This document shows positions 1 through 13,543 of a stretch of DNA of 64,000 bases, one piece after another. The stretch is taken from assembly GCF_006345805.1 (NCBI RefSeq), contig NC_043000.1:108252001-108316000 (forward strand). The letters are read 5' to 3'. Below the pieces are notes generated by a model. The model was not told the origin of the DNA, ran no database searches, and was given only the letters and a program-made list of their open reading frames with translations. The position numbers and the translations under genes are program-made. This DNA is from Octopus sinensis (Eukaryota). The first letter of the stretch is position 1, and the number at the start of each line of letters is the position of its first letter.

Positions 1-521
1 AAAACGAATAATGCTTTCGTTTGCTTAGGTGTGGATAGAAAAAGAGAAGAGAATATAAGTCACAACTTTTAAGTGTATTGGTTTATAAGTTTATTTTTCA
101 TTGATTAAGACAACAAAAGAACCTCTTAGGTGCACTCATGTGAGTAATTAGAACCGGTGTTAATTACGTCTCAAGTTGGACTTCGACAGTGAATCCATTT
201 AATGATATATGCTTTAAAGAATGCTTTTAAATACTTTGCATAATATACATAATTGACTCTGACTACACCTGCTGCTGGTCGGATTCGGTGTATTACAGAC
301 ATCTCTATGGTATAGGAGATTTGGTTGCTACATCTAGCCTGTCGAGCTACTCCGTAGAGAATACCTCAGTGATACTCACAAGGGGCTATTTCATTCTTAA
401 ATGCAACTGATGATTCCTTAACGTTATGTATGCACAGCAATCCCTTTGCAATTGTTATACTTATATGTATAGTACTAGTTAGAATAAAACTGCGCTAAAT
501 TCGAGAAAGAACAACATACTG

Positions 522-933
522 CTCTTTTACTCTCTTTTACTCTTTTACTTGTTTCAGTCATTTGACTGCGGCCATGCTGGAGCACCGCCTTTAATCGAGC
601 AACTCGACCCCGGGTTTTATTCTTTTGTAAGCCCAGTACTTATTCTATCGGTCTCTTTTGCCGAACTTCTAAGTAACGGGGACATAAACACTTCAGCATC
701 GGTTGTCAAGCAATGCTAGGGGGACAAACACAGACACACAAGCACACACACGTGTATTTATATATATACATATATATACGACGGGCTTCTTTCAGTTTCC
801 GTCTACCAAATCCACTCACAAGGCTTTGGTCGGCCCGAGGCTATAGTAGAAGACACTTGCCCAAGGTGCCACGCAGTGGGACTGAACCCGGAACCATGTG
901 GTTGGTAAACAAGCTACTTACCACACAGCCACT
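522..933 (-). mobile_element. tRNA-derived SINE family A (CORE-type, octopus OR1/OR2-like), near full length
   Basis: Reverse strand reads A box TGGCTGTGTGG, B box GGTTCAGTCCC, CORE-like CCTTGGGCAAGTGT, an internal (TA/CA) tract and a GTAAAAGA-repeat tail. High identity to copies at 6151, 8942 and 57603. Confidence 0.92.
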
Positions 934-1590
934 AAATTATTAGTTTTATTTTTTTATGAGAGATTTACCAGTATGGCAACGCTTAGTATTTTTACTACAA
1001 AAGCCACAAACGGTGTATGAATTTTTCTCAAAATATTCTACGGTATATGACGTGTAATGATGTCTTCAAAAGATTCATAAGTGTATTAAAAAAGATGAGG
1101 AATTTGGTTTATGTGACATGCTTCCATATTGAAAATTACTCCCTTTCGTAACAAAAGAAATTGCGATGTTGAATCGCTGTCATTTCCAAGACTTTCATAA
1201 TTCAAGCTGTATGCTTGAGATTTCAAAATTAAGCGAATCCTTGTCAATCTGTATTTTCATTGATTTGAAAAGGATATAAAGAAGTGAATTAAATTATATA
1301 TAATAGGAGTATGTGTTGGCAATTTTCTGAGATTTATGGCAATTTCTTCCATATTTTGCGCAATAAATCTTACTTGAGGCCAACTTATGCGTAATAGCTA
1401 TTGCAGTTATAAATTAAATACTAAATGCATGTCTCACCATGTAAAGCTCAAGGGTGTATTATAATTATCGCAAGTTTGAGATCCATGAGTGCTATATAGA
1501 TATGCATATTTATGCACACTTAAATTTGAACATGCACATGTAAGCATGTATACATACATATATATATACGAGTGTGTGAATGAGTGTGTG

Positions 1591-1855
1591 AAGGCGGGTG
1601 GATGTATGATGAGGCTGCTGCATTCACGATCACAAGGTTCTGGTTTCGATTCCCAGACCCGCAGTACATTATGTTGTGTTCTTCAGGAAGACAGTCCATT
1701 TCACGGTGCTTCAGTCCATGCAACTCTAAATGGGTGGGTTACGCTGCATCGAACGGGCGATCCGTTCTCGGGGAATGTCGACTTGCCCGCCTAGCCAGCA
1801 GAGTGGCATCATTCGGAAACTACAACAATGTAAGATGGGGCATTGTGACCGATGT
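1591..1855 (+). mobile_element. tRNA-derived SINE family C (Meta/V-domain-like), degenerate
   Basis: B-box-like GGTTTCGATTCCC, then TTTCACGGTGCTTCAGTCCATGCAACT and GCTGCATCGAACGGGCGATCCGTTCTCGGGG, resembling the CTGCGATGGACT..CCCGTCCAGGGG domain. Homologous to 60005-60235. Confidence 0.6.
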
Positions 1856-3051
1856 GTGTGTGTGCGTGTGTGTGAACTAGTGCTAGCATTCTATCTTAAA
1901 TTCAATGTATTCAGTAGTGATATTATATTTTAAACATAGTGTATCTTAGAGACAGCATTTCTTATATATATGTATGTATGCATGTATGAATGTATGTATG
2001 TATGTATGTATGCGTGTATGTATGTATGTATGTATTTATATATATTTATATATATATACATTTACATGCGTATATATATTCATATATATACATGTACACA
2101 CAGACACACATATATATAACAATAAGCTCAGGATTTAACTGTCAACACTCATTACCAATATTGCTAACAGGATTCACATTTTGTGCCAGGTTGTTTGAGT
2201 TTTTAAACGCATCCGTCCTATTATTTGTTAACAAGCTTGTTATATGGAGGTCGCTAACGTAGCAATCTGCATGAGCGAAGAAAAGTTTTCGCTAAAATTA
2301 AGTCAATAAAAATATTTTACTTGTTTTAGCGGAAGGTTAGAAGACCCCAATTCAGATGTCACTATTTGCATGATACTAACATCTCCTGTCATATTTTACT
2401 GGTGATTATACAAAAGATGCTAACAATTCGATGCCGAAGAGATTTTTTTAAAAATCATTGCAAAATGCCTCCACAAATTGCTTAAAGAATGGAAGAGAGC
2501 ATCCTCTTCCAAGGCACATTTCTAGAAAGCACGTTAGAATCTTGCACAGATATTATAAGCATCTCTTTGGTGGGCCTAGAATGAGGGTGCCCTATGAATA
2601 TTGTACTATAAAAAATGTAAAAGTATTACCTAAAAGCGCCTCATATTTTCGACACATAATGAATTTAAATTTGAAGCAATTAAAAAATAAATTATTCTGT
2701 TTCACATTCAATGTGTTTTTGATAATGAGAGTTCCCCATATAATATGATAAAGTAGAATTAAATACAGCATAAAATATTACATACATACGCACATATATA
2801 CACACACATTAGCTGAGGATATAAACTGACGTGTACTACTTGCCCGCTGTGGTGCTACAGCAGGACCACAGTGGCACGGCTGAAACTTGAATAAAAGAAT
2901 ACCAGATGGAATAAAAGAATACCGGGAATTGCTTTGCCAAATATCCTGAGAGTTATCTCCGTAAATGTGGATAATACTGAAAAGTAATTGAAAGGATTAA
3001 ACTGTGGATAAGTTGGGCAGGTCTTGGAGAAAGGCTGGTCTGTAGCCGTGA

Positions 3052-3210
3052 GAACACCTACGATACTAGAAATAAGAGCTAAAGCGGTCTGATGCTGTAG
3101 TCGACGCACATAATTGTATACATACATACTGAGTATATATGTATACTATTATGTGCGTTGACTGCAGTATCAGACCGCTTTAGACCTGATTTCTAGTATT
3201 GTAGATGTTC
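3052..3210. repeat. ~159-bp fold-back (arms ~78 bp, 3-nt loop); MITE-like or hairpin
   Basis: GAACACCTACGATACTAGAAAT..TAAAGCGGTCTGATGCTGTAGTCGACGCACATAAT is mirrored by ATTATGTGCGTTGACTGCAGTATCAGACCGCTTTA..ATTTCTAGTATTGTAGATGTTC. Confidence 0.9.
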
Positions 3211-3516
3211 TGACAACCTCGGTCGTGTAGGGACATGCCCTGATGTTTCGCAAACCATACTTTTACTATGAACTGTACTTCAAGGTGGAGGTAAAGTAGG
3301 AGACAAACTGAGTGAGTCGTAAATGATCCGGCAGAAGGCAACGGGAAACCACTGCTGTATTTTCCCAAGAAAAATAATGTACATTCTGACTTTAGCACGG
3401 AGATCTTTGAACATCGACGTCTGTGATCATGGCATATAGAGGAAATAAATTTACGGAAATATACAGAGGTAAATAAATAAATAGTGTTTAACTCCGTACC
3501 TCTATGTTGCCATTAG

Positions 3517-3532
3517 ATTCATCTGCTTACAG
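3517..3532 (+). CDS. Candidate 16-nt micro-exon of an unidentified plus-strand gene (xSSAYR)
   Basis: Acceptor ctctatgttgccattag, donor CAG|gtaata. Ends in phase 2, compatible with the exon at 5854. Confidence 0.35.
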
Positions 3533-4786
3533 GTAATATCTATACTCACGTAAACGTACATATTCTGTTAGAAAAAAGTAAGTGAGGATAATTACCACGT
3601 TTAAGTGGGGATAAATATTACCTCCCAATATCAATACTGCCTCTGTCGCTAATATATGATTTTGACAAGCTCATCTACTTATGTACTTATTCTAAATCAA
3701 ATAGAACAAATCACAATTGTTTTAAAGACTGCTCTAGCATGGCCTTTATTGAAATGGCAAATATAACTGAAGAATTAAAGCAGTATTGAACAATAGGGTA
3801 AATTTTGAGGATTCTGTTATCGACCGCGTTTAAGATCACAGTCCATTGTCTACGTGTTATATATCTCATTGATAAGAGCTGGCATACGCATAATAGCAAA
3901 GTCACTAAACAATATTAACGAAAACAACAACGACAATAATAACGGCAATCTGTAAATTTTAGATTAATAATTTCATGAATGAGCATGAATGAGTATTGCA
4001 TATCAATAGCAAGTATTGATTAACGAACATGTATATATATGTATCTAGGTCATCGTGACATGTGAAGGTCAATGTTAACTGCCAATAGAAATAAATATTC
4101 CAAATTTATCTTAACTGAAGTGTATTAAGCACAAAATAATATGAATAATAAAAAATATGAATAATAAAAAATAATATAAATATATAAAAGTCAAAAATAA
4201 AAGTTATAATGGAAAAGGAATTTACACAAAAATGAAACGTGTTCGCAGCGAAATATTCCCGAATGAAAATCTATTATTTATAATCAGTAACTGTATTTGT
4301 ACAGCGTTTATGAGCATAGCGAGAGCGGAGAAGACTTGTGAATGCGTGTAGAATATTTTGTTGCATAAACGTAATTTCGGAGAAAATAAAGGATACCGTT
4401 CGCTTTACATTGATCCCTGTCTATCTCCTTTCTCTCTCCCTCTCTCTCTCCCGCCTTCCCCCCTCTCTCTCTCAGACATAAATACATCTGCGAAGGCGTT
4501 CGCTTTCCAACCATGTCGTTCTATATTCAATCCCACTGGTTGTCATCTTGGACAAGTGTCTTCAACCATAACCCAGAGTTGACCAATGCTTTGCGTGGAA
4601 ATTTGGAAGATTCACAAACTGTGTGGAAGCTCCCTCCAGCTTTAGCGAGAGGAAGCATTAGCTCCCTTACTCACAGTATACGGACACAGATGATGTGTCG
4701 GTAGCTGAAAAGATGTTTTCCTGAAGCTGAACAATAATAACATCGTCCTAAGCAGGACTGCCACTCTACGTTGGCAAATAGACTTT

Positions 4787-4824
<38 letters not shown>

Positions 4825-4829
<5 letters not shown>

Positions 4830-4978
4830 GACGGGCATCTTTCAGTTTCCGTCTACCAAATCCACTCACAAGGCTTTGGTCAGCCCGAGGCTATAGTAGA
4901 AGACACTTACCCTAAGTACCACGCGGTGGGACTGAACCCGGAACAATCTGTGGGGAAGGAAGCTTTTTACCAAACACC
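4825..4978 (-). mobile_element. SINE family A, 5' half
   Basis: TTTCAGTTTCCGTCTACCAAATCCACTCACAAGGCTTTGG..GGGACTGAACCCGG matches the family consensus. A further degenerate plus-strand piece lies at ~4510-4640. Confidence 0.88.
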
Positions 4979-5249
4979 TCTTGATTAATATTGATAAACA
5001 TGTTCAACCAAAATATTAAATGTTGAGGGTAATATATTATAATTTCCTTAAGACTCAAGTACTTGATGTGGCTTTGATTTCCGGTCTGGTGCGATTTCCG
5101 GTTTGATGCGTTTTCCGTTTTGGTATGTAATTGTTGTAATTGTTTCAGTTGTTGGACTACGATCATGAGGAAACACTGCTTTGAAGGTTTTTATCAAATC
5201 GTGTCCTGATTTTTATGTATGGTACCTTAGCTTTAATACGTTGCAGACA

Positions 5250-5625
5250 TGAATGTGAGGTTCAGTAGCTTCCTAACCAATATTATCTTCACTCAATCCC
5301 ATTGTGTGTCTTCTACTATAGTCCCGGTCGACCAAAACCTAGTGTGAGGATTTAGTTGGCAGAAACTGAAGGAAGCCCGCCGGAAATGTGTGTGCGTGTG
5401 TGTGTGGTTGTATGTATCTATATGAATGTCTTTGTGTCTGAGCCCACCACCGTGTGACAACCGGTGTTGGTTTGTCTACGTCTCCGTAATTCAACCGTCC
5501 AGCAGAATAGAGTGATAAAATATTACTAGGCTTAAAAAAAATAAGTACTGGGGTTAACTTGTTCGACTAAATTATTCTAGGCGATACTCCAGCAGGGCCG
5601 TAGTCTAATGATTGAAACAAGGAAA
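5250..5625 (+). mobile_element. SINE family A, old degenerate copy
   Basis: GTGTCTTCTACTATAGTCCCGG..GAAACTGAAGGAAGCCCG..GACAACCGGTGTTGG..ATAAGTACTGGGG..CTCCAGCAGGGCCG..GATTGAAACAAG are collinear with the young copies. Confidence 0.8.
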
Positions 5626-5853
5626 AAGGAAGATTATGTATATGCTTATCAGTAAAAAATAATCAGTATACCTCCTTACTTTTGAAATACATCGTTAAAA
5701 TATTTCAGACAGAAAAAGCCTCGCATTCAATTAATGACCAATCAATAAAAGAAAGTCGTCGCTCATAAATAATATATATATTTACAATATACTTGAAGAA
5801 AATATTTGGTGAATCTGTTACTGTTTTTAATTGTCTCTCTTTTCTATTTCTAG

Positions 5854-5907
5854 GGATCCGTCCGTCTTTACGAGAAAAGACTATCTGTCTCCAGAGAAGA
5901 AAGTCAG
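5854..5907 (+). CDS. Candidate 54-nt exon (DPSVFTRKDYLSPEKKV in the chain-compatible frame)
   Basis: Strong acceptor ttgtctctcttttctatttctag, strong donor CAG|gtaaga, open in all frames, not in a recognisable repeat. Confidence 0.6.
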
Positions 5908-6150
5908 GTAAGAGCATTTAATATATATGATCAACCCATATCTTAGACACAAAAATTCTGTTTAGAAAATGACTAATGTATAAATAAAAATAGTGTTTCC
6001 GTTTGCCTGCTGTCTCGGCTAAGGCTATGCCGGAGTTAAACCTGTGTATGTACATTCATACAACGTCCATACCGTGAAATACCAACTTGGACAGAGACAA
6101 AATACACAAAACACACGCATATATGCACACAAATACGTGTGCAAGTATAT

Positions 6151-6533
6151 ACTCTTTTACTTGTTTCAGTCATTTGACTGCGGCCATGCTGGAGCACCGC
6201 CTTTAGTCGAGCAAATCGACTCCGGGACTTATTCTTCGTAAGCCCAGTACTTATTCTACCGGTCTCTTTTGCCGAACCACTAAGTGACGGGGACGTAAAC
6301 ACACCAGCATCGGTTGTCAAGCAATGCTAGGGGGACAAACACAGACACACAAACATACACACACATACATATATACGACAGGCTTCTTTCAGTTTCCGTC
6401 TACCAAATCCACTCACAAGGCATTGGTCGGCCCGGGGCCTTAGCAGAAGACACTTGCCCAAGTTGCCACGCAGTGGGACTGAACCCGTAACCATGTGGTT
6501 GGTTAGCAAGCTACTTACCACATAGCCACTCCT
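6151..6533 (-). mobile_element. SINE family A, near full length, young
   Basis: Nearly identical to 522-933 and 8942-9343. Confidence 0.93.
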
Positions 6534-6537
6534 CTAT

Positions 6538-6612
<75 letters not shown>

Positions 6613-7339
6613 TTCATACACACGCAAGCACGTACGTACATATATTTATTCAAGCTAAAAAAAAAATTTGAAGAACCGCGATGTGAAAGTTTGGGTTAAG
6701 AAATATGAATTGAGGCTTTAAGTGAATATATGATATTCTATCTTTGGCTTCCACCATATTTTTCTTACATATTTACACATACAGTATGTATTTTCACATA
6801 CATATGTATATGTAAGTACACACTCATAGACACATGTGAGATTCTAATGAGTCTATGCACACATGAATACATAAATACATGTACACACATATGCACGCAC
6901 ACGTAATATTTACACACATACGGTTTCTCTATTATAGTAAGGATCACTTGCTCAATGAGCCGAGCACAAAACCGAAAACATATGGTTGAGAACTTGTTTA
7001 CCACAAGGGCATGATTACATAAGGCGTTTCCTTACTGTTTCTAGATAATGAGATTTCGTGATATGACACCCACATTCTTCTACCTGCAACAGCCAGGCAC
7101 TTGACACCTGATCGTTTGAAAACATTTCACCATTGATTAATTGTCACTTTCAGGATGTGGTTGTAGAATAGTCCTTTTTATAACTATTTTTCTTTGTTTA
7201 CTGTGTGTGTGTTTCGTGGGGGGGGGGGGGGTTATAAGATTTATTTCTTTTGTCATTAAGTTTTCGGAACTGTGAACAAAATATTCTGTTATTAAATTAT
7301 TCTGTCATTTGATTTCGGCCATGCTGGAGCACCGCCTTA

Positions 7340-8008
<669 letters not shown>

Positions 8009-8821
8009 ATATATATACACATATATATATATATATAAACTTATGTTGTATTCTGTTAAGAACGTAGCAGAGTACAGTATAAAGCTCGTCTATCTTCAGT
8101 TTTGCCCTGTGCTATCCTGTAGTAATATCAAACATGCTTCCAGTTTTGTGTTTGCTTCTGCAGTGTGTGAATAGATAACTGAATGAAGAAGTTGGAGTCA
8201 TCAAGAAAGATGATGGACATTTATATGCAATCAATTGAATTGTTTTCACGCAACATTATTCTTTAGGTTTGCAGTTATTTAGTTATGTAACCGTTTCCCT
8301 GCATTATCATATCTAGTTGTGTTTCCTCAGGCGATATATATTATCCTTGAAAATTCAAATTCTCGACTGCAAGGACAATCGCAAAGGTACCTAACTGTGA
8401 AGAACAAATCAGCAGTACAAATGCCAAAGCCTTTAAAACAACAATCACTTTAACAGCAACAACCCCCCAACCCCGCTCCATCCACACATTCAAAGCAATT
8501 TGCCAACGGTCCTTCAACCACTACACATCTCTTGATGCACTCAGTGGATACTACTACCTCCAGGACACGACAAACAGATAGGATGCTCTTGAAGCCGAGA
8601 ATTTGAATTTACGGAGGCAATACTTATATATCACCTAAGGAAAAGCAACTAAATATCGTAATGCAAGAAAACGTTTATATAATGAAATACCTGCAATCTT
8701 GGAGAACTACGTTGCGCGGAAATAATTGTAGTGATTTCAAATAAATGTCCAACCGTACTCCTTCTTATTGACTCCAACTTCTTAAATTATATATATATAT
8801 TTTATCTATATATATATATAT

Positions 8822-8897
<76 letters not shown>

Positions 8898-8898
8898 T

Positions 8899-8941
<43 letters not shown>

Positions 8942-8944
<3 letters not shown>

Positions 8945-9342
8945 TCTTTTTACTCTTTTTACTCTTTTTACTTGTTTCAGTCATTTTGACTGCGGCCATG
9001 CTGGAGCACCGCCTTTAGTCGAGTAAATCGACCCCGGGACTTATTCTTTGTAAGCCCAGTACTTATTCTATCGGTCTCTTTTGCCGAACCGCTAAGTGAC
9101 GGGGACGTAAACACACCAGCATCGGTTGTCAAGCAATGCTAGGGGGACAAACACACACACACATATACATATATATACATATATACGACAGGCTTCTTTC
9201 AGTTTCCGTCTATCAAATCCACTCACAAGGCATTGGTCGGCCCGGGGCTATAGCAGAAGACACTTGCCCAAGATGCCACGCAGTGAGACTGAACCCGGAA
9301 CCATGTGGTTAGTTAGCAAGCTACTTACCACACAGCCACTCC

Positions 9343-9343
<1 letters not shown>
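8942..9343 (-). mobile_element. SINE family A, near full length, young, embedded in (TA)n
   Basis: Family consensus with A and B boxes and a TACTCTTTT tail on the minus strand. Confidence 0.93.
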
Positions 9344-9396
<53 letters not shown>

Positions 9397-9497
9397 AGTA
9401 ATGAGGGAGATAAATTAATATTAATTTTAATATCAATTTAAACCAGTATCCAGCATTCAAAAAATCTGAGAAGTCAGAGAAAATTCTAATATATGTG

Positions 9498-9657
9498 TAT
9501 ATAGGCAGGGCTGGCCTGCTAGGTAGCCGCCGAATGCTAGAAAGAGATCATCAACGATCAAACTACAAGGGAAATTCTCTAGAGAATTTCCTTGTAGTTT
9601 GATCGTTGATGATCTCTTTCTAGCATTCGGCCGGCTACCTAGCAGGCCAGCCCTGCC

Positions 9658-9663
<6 letters not shown>
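9498..9663. repeat. Spacer-less palindrome, 83-bp arms
   Basis: Centre AAATTCTCT|AGAGAATTT at 9580/9581. Arms differ only by two compensating 1-nt indels. Confidence 0.97.
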
Positions 9664-9700
<37 letters not shown>

Positions 9701-10191
9701 ATATATTAATATATATATATATATAATATATAATATATATATATATATATAAATGTTTGCTTTTATGTTCAGTTGTAATAAAAGCAATGTTAGATTAATC
9801 AGATGCGTTACTCCATATTATTGTAGAGTACGAATTGTTCTTATACAAAAATTTTGTTGACAATGACTTCAAAGTTTCGACCAGCTAACTCCGATGATGG
9901 CTTATAATATTCTGATGATGGTTTATGATATTCGTTAGATGTTCTATGAGTTGGGTGTTGGGTAATGTGGTGTTTTAGTGAGTTTTGATTGGAAAGGTCC
10001 TGCGTGTGCGGTTCGCAGTTTTATTACTTAGCTCCTTGTCAACCCAAACTGAATAAATTTCTGGTTAAGACCGCTTCATTTCTTTCTTTGTGATAGAATA
10101 TACGTTGGATTATATAGTGCATAATATCTTTTATTTATAAAAAAAAATTACGGAATATTATTTGAATGACAGTTAGCGGTAATTTCCACAG

Positions 10192-10236
10192 GATCAAGCG
10201 ACAGTTGGAACGAAAGAGGCGGCAGTCATGGAGAAT
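10192..10236 (+). CDS. Candidate 45-nt exon (R-IKRQLERKRRQSWR in the chain-compatible frame)
   Basis: Acceptor aatttccacag, donor AAT|gtgagt. Phase 2/2, compatible with 5854-5907 and 30642-30681. Confidence 0.55.
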
Positions 10237-10599
10237 GTGAGTTGTTTATGTTGTGAACTATGTTGTATTATTTTGTTTTCAGTGTGAAATTATGTACTGC
10301 GTTATGTACTGTGTTACTGTATATAGTGGTAAATATGTTTAAAGTAACATGTGCACTGCGATTTATGTTACATTATAGAGTGAGCTTTTGTAGAGTATGT
10401 TTTATATATCAGATGAATTATATCACTCAGTGTTAATTGTACAGAGTATTATTTCTCAACAATTTTGATTTCGTGGAGTAATAGAAGAGAAATGAAAAAT
10501 CACCGACGCTCTTCGCACGGAAAGATTTTAAATAAACACGTTTCATAATTAAAAATTTAGAACAAAATATAGAAAATTAATTGCTTACCTTGTTATATT

Positions 10600-11400
10600 A
10601 ATCATACTTAAGAGAAGCATGAACGCTATGATTTTCTTTTTCTGTATTGTGCCGTTTGTGAAATAAATTGATTTTCATTTTCTCCTTCATCTGAATAGTT
10701 TTTGCATTATTTTGTATTTAATATTGGCCAGTGGATAAAACTCCGAATTCGCATATATATGATGGTGAAAATTTAATCAAAATATACAATTTTATTTTAG
10801 CCATTGAAGAATATTCTAATCCTATGGAAAAACAAGACTTTCTGAGAGATAGCATCTCTTGTTAGATTGTTAGTCCTTGATCCCTGGAAAAGGAAACCAG
10901 TTCTCCTTCAGATAATATAAAACTAACATCAGTTCGAATTTTTTTGAATTGTTTTTGAGTCCAATCATATTGTTCTTTGTTAAATGATGGAAAATAAATA
11001 ACTAATTTCTTTTCTAAAGTTCTCAAGTTGTCGTTACTTTAAATGAGCTTTAGTTTTCAAAAAAGCATTTCAAAGTTACAATCTCTCGATTTTTTTTCTC
11101 CAAATAATTGATTTTTGTTTTTGAAACTATATTAGTTTACTTGTACATTTAAAGACATTTTAATATTTATTCTACATAACTATTTCAGCAATTAAGGTGT
11201 TGGAATATAGTTATCAAATAGTTCATACAAGAAATCCCATTGTTACAATAGGTATGCGATTAGCGTATTCAATTTACTTGCTAAGAAAAAAAATCAAAGG
11301 AAATCTTTCCGGCATCATACAGACGTGACAGCACCTTGCCATTTGACACTATGTCATGTAAAAGTAAGCATATATATTGCACATCCAGGTCATTATGTAA
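10600..11400 (-). mobile_element. hAT (Buster/Charlie-like) transposase relic, C-terminal and dimerisation region
   Basis: Minus strand gives HSVKW..GKVLSRLYD (cf. HTEVRWLSRGKVLSR), YFPSFNKEQYDWTQKQF (cf. YFP..YDWIRNPF), EGELVSFSRDQGL and LEYSSMAK..FSPSYICEFG (cf. EYP.L..F.TTYLCE.GFS), with stops and frameshifts. Confidence 0.75.
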
Positions 11401-11719
11401 TATATCTTCAAGGAAAAAAAATCTTCGATAGCTTTTAATTCCCTAACTTGTTTCATTTCAATTCTTATTGTTTATGCAGAAAAGGCTTAATTATTTTACT
11501 TATCTATATTTTGACATCGTATACATTTTCTAAGCCCTATCACACAGTTTTCCGAAGAAGCGACTCTATAGATAACATGTATGACTTCTATGATGGTTTC
11601 TATTTTACATTGTTTAATCTACGAAACTGCAGCAAAAATACTATGTACTATTTAATCTTCATATGAATCGCATATAAAGATACTGATCCGCTTGTCGGGA
11701 CACCCTATACTTAGGTCAC

Positions 11720-12160
11720 ATATACGTCTCCTCCGTCAACTCTCTCTACTGAGATGGCCTCAGGCATCAGATAACAGGGAGCCCCCAAATTCTGTTTTTG
11801 GGACCAGCTCGAGGCCAATCTCTTCCGCTGCTCCATTGATCCACATTGTCCATTGACAATTACCAAGGACCGCCCAAAACGACACCGTGCCATCTCAAAG
11901 AAACGGACCAAATGGAACATAACAGACGTAAAGTAGCAGAGAGCAGACGTCAAAGATGCAACTCGCTCGCACCTCCTCGTTCTCCGCCAACCTTCCCCTA
12001 CGATAAAGCCTCCGCCTCTTCTACACCGCCCTTGGCCTTAACAGCCACCTCAGGCACAGGTTCACTTCGCAGCCATCGGCAAGTACAAGCTGATTCACTG
12101 GCTACATTTAAACTACTCGGATATGAGCTAATATCGACGACGACGAGAGATGCTGACTAA
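11720..12160 (+). mobile_element. RTE (BovB-like) LINE 3' end relic
   Basis: QLSLLRW, a basic MEHNRRKVAESRRQR stretch, terminal GLNSHLRHR and a short (GAC)n tail, as in RTE ORF C-termini. Locally GC-richer. Confidence 0.6.
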
Positions 12161-12718
12161 AGGATCAAAATGCTGTATATAAGGATGGCTAGAACCTTCC
12201 TTCGTTGATAATGTCAGTATACATAATAACATACAACTGAAATTGTGAATGTTGAAGTATATCATAACATATATTTCCTTGATTATTGACCATCATGTTA
12301 ATATGTATCAAGGAATTATATCCGTAGAAAGAAAATATTACCTATCTACTTGCTTTCTTTGTCATTTCATAGTGGGAGTGGCGCAGAGGGAATGAGAGGT
12401 AATATGGAATAGAAAGCGACAGAAAAAGATACAAAAGATAAAACACAAAAGAGAAGTAAAAATATAACGAGGAGATGAAAGTGCGAAAGTGAAATAAATA
12501 AAGGAAGGAAAGATCTTAAGAAGCGCGCCTTTTACTGTATCAAAGAATCGTGAATAATACAATATGTTTCACATCTAAAGAATATATATTTATTAAGATG
12601 GAATGTGAAAGTAACAAACAAAAAAAAGTAATTTTAAGATATTGTGACACAATAAAACTAGTAGAGATAAAGTGAAAGCGCGAGAAAGGTAGAAAGATTG
12701 TAAGAGAGAGAGAGAGAG

Positions 12719-12764
<46 letters not shown>

Positions 12765-13310
12765 AGAGAGAGAGAATGTGAGAGAGCGAGAAAGAGAGAG
12801 AAAAATCTAAGAGTGGGATCTTATGGAGACTGGAAAGTTATAAGATGGTATGAGGAATAGAGCCAACAATTTAGAGAAATATATATTTATATGGGTGTAC
12901 TATTGAAGAAATAACAGTCCCAATAGAAGGATCATATTTATTGTGTGGGGAAGGAAGAATAAGCGTATCTTTATCTTTCACATTTCCTTATATAGTGTCG
13001 ATTATATAGTATCGGCAGTTACGTAACTACAGCGGTTTATCTGAAGATATGTGAACCTGGAAAGGAGAGAAAGTGTTGCACGAATGCATGTGGCAAACGC
13101 GCAACCACACTTAATGTTTCTTTTCTTAAGGGTAATATTTAGACTTATTTTCGCTTTAGAAAAATACAAAAACTATAATAATTCTCTAGTCTCTCGCACA
13201 ATGTAATTTACAATCTCATTATTGAAAAGTACTGTAAAATATTCACTTTCCTTTGCCTCCGGTATGAGCATAAATTCTTTCGAGTTTCCCTCATGGTATA
13301 AATACACATT

Positions 13311-13543
13311 TAAGGCGGCGAGCTGGCAGATACGTTAGCACGCCGGGCGAAATGCTTAGCGGTATTTCGTCTGCGTTACGTTGTGAGTTCAAATTCCGCC
13401 GAGGTCGACTTTGCCTTTCATCCTTTCGGGGTCGATAAATTAAGTGCCAGTTACGCACTGGGGTCGATGTAATCGACTTAATACCTATGTCTGTCCTTGT
13501 TTGTCCCCTCTGTGTTTAGCCCCTTGTGGGTAATAAAGAAATA
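13311..13543 (+). mobile_element. tRNA-derived SINE family B (Nin-domain type), full length with 16-bp TSD
   Basis: B box GAGTTCAAATTCC and Nin-like GCCTTTCATCCTTTCGGGGTCGATAAA. Perfect TSD GGTATAAATACACATT at 13295-13310 and 13544-13559. Confidence 0.95.

Noticed and set aside
10589-10690. Minus-strand exon with AAG|gtaagc donor
   Set aside because: A-rich acceptor, stops in all frames, and it lies at the end of the hAT transposase relic.
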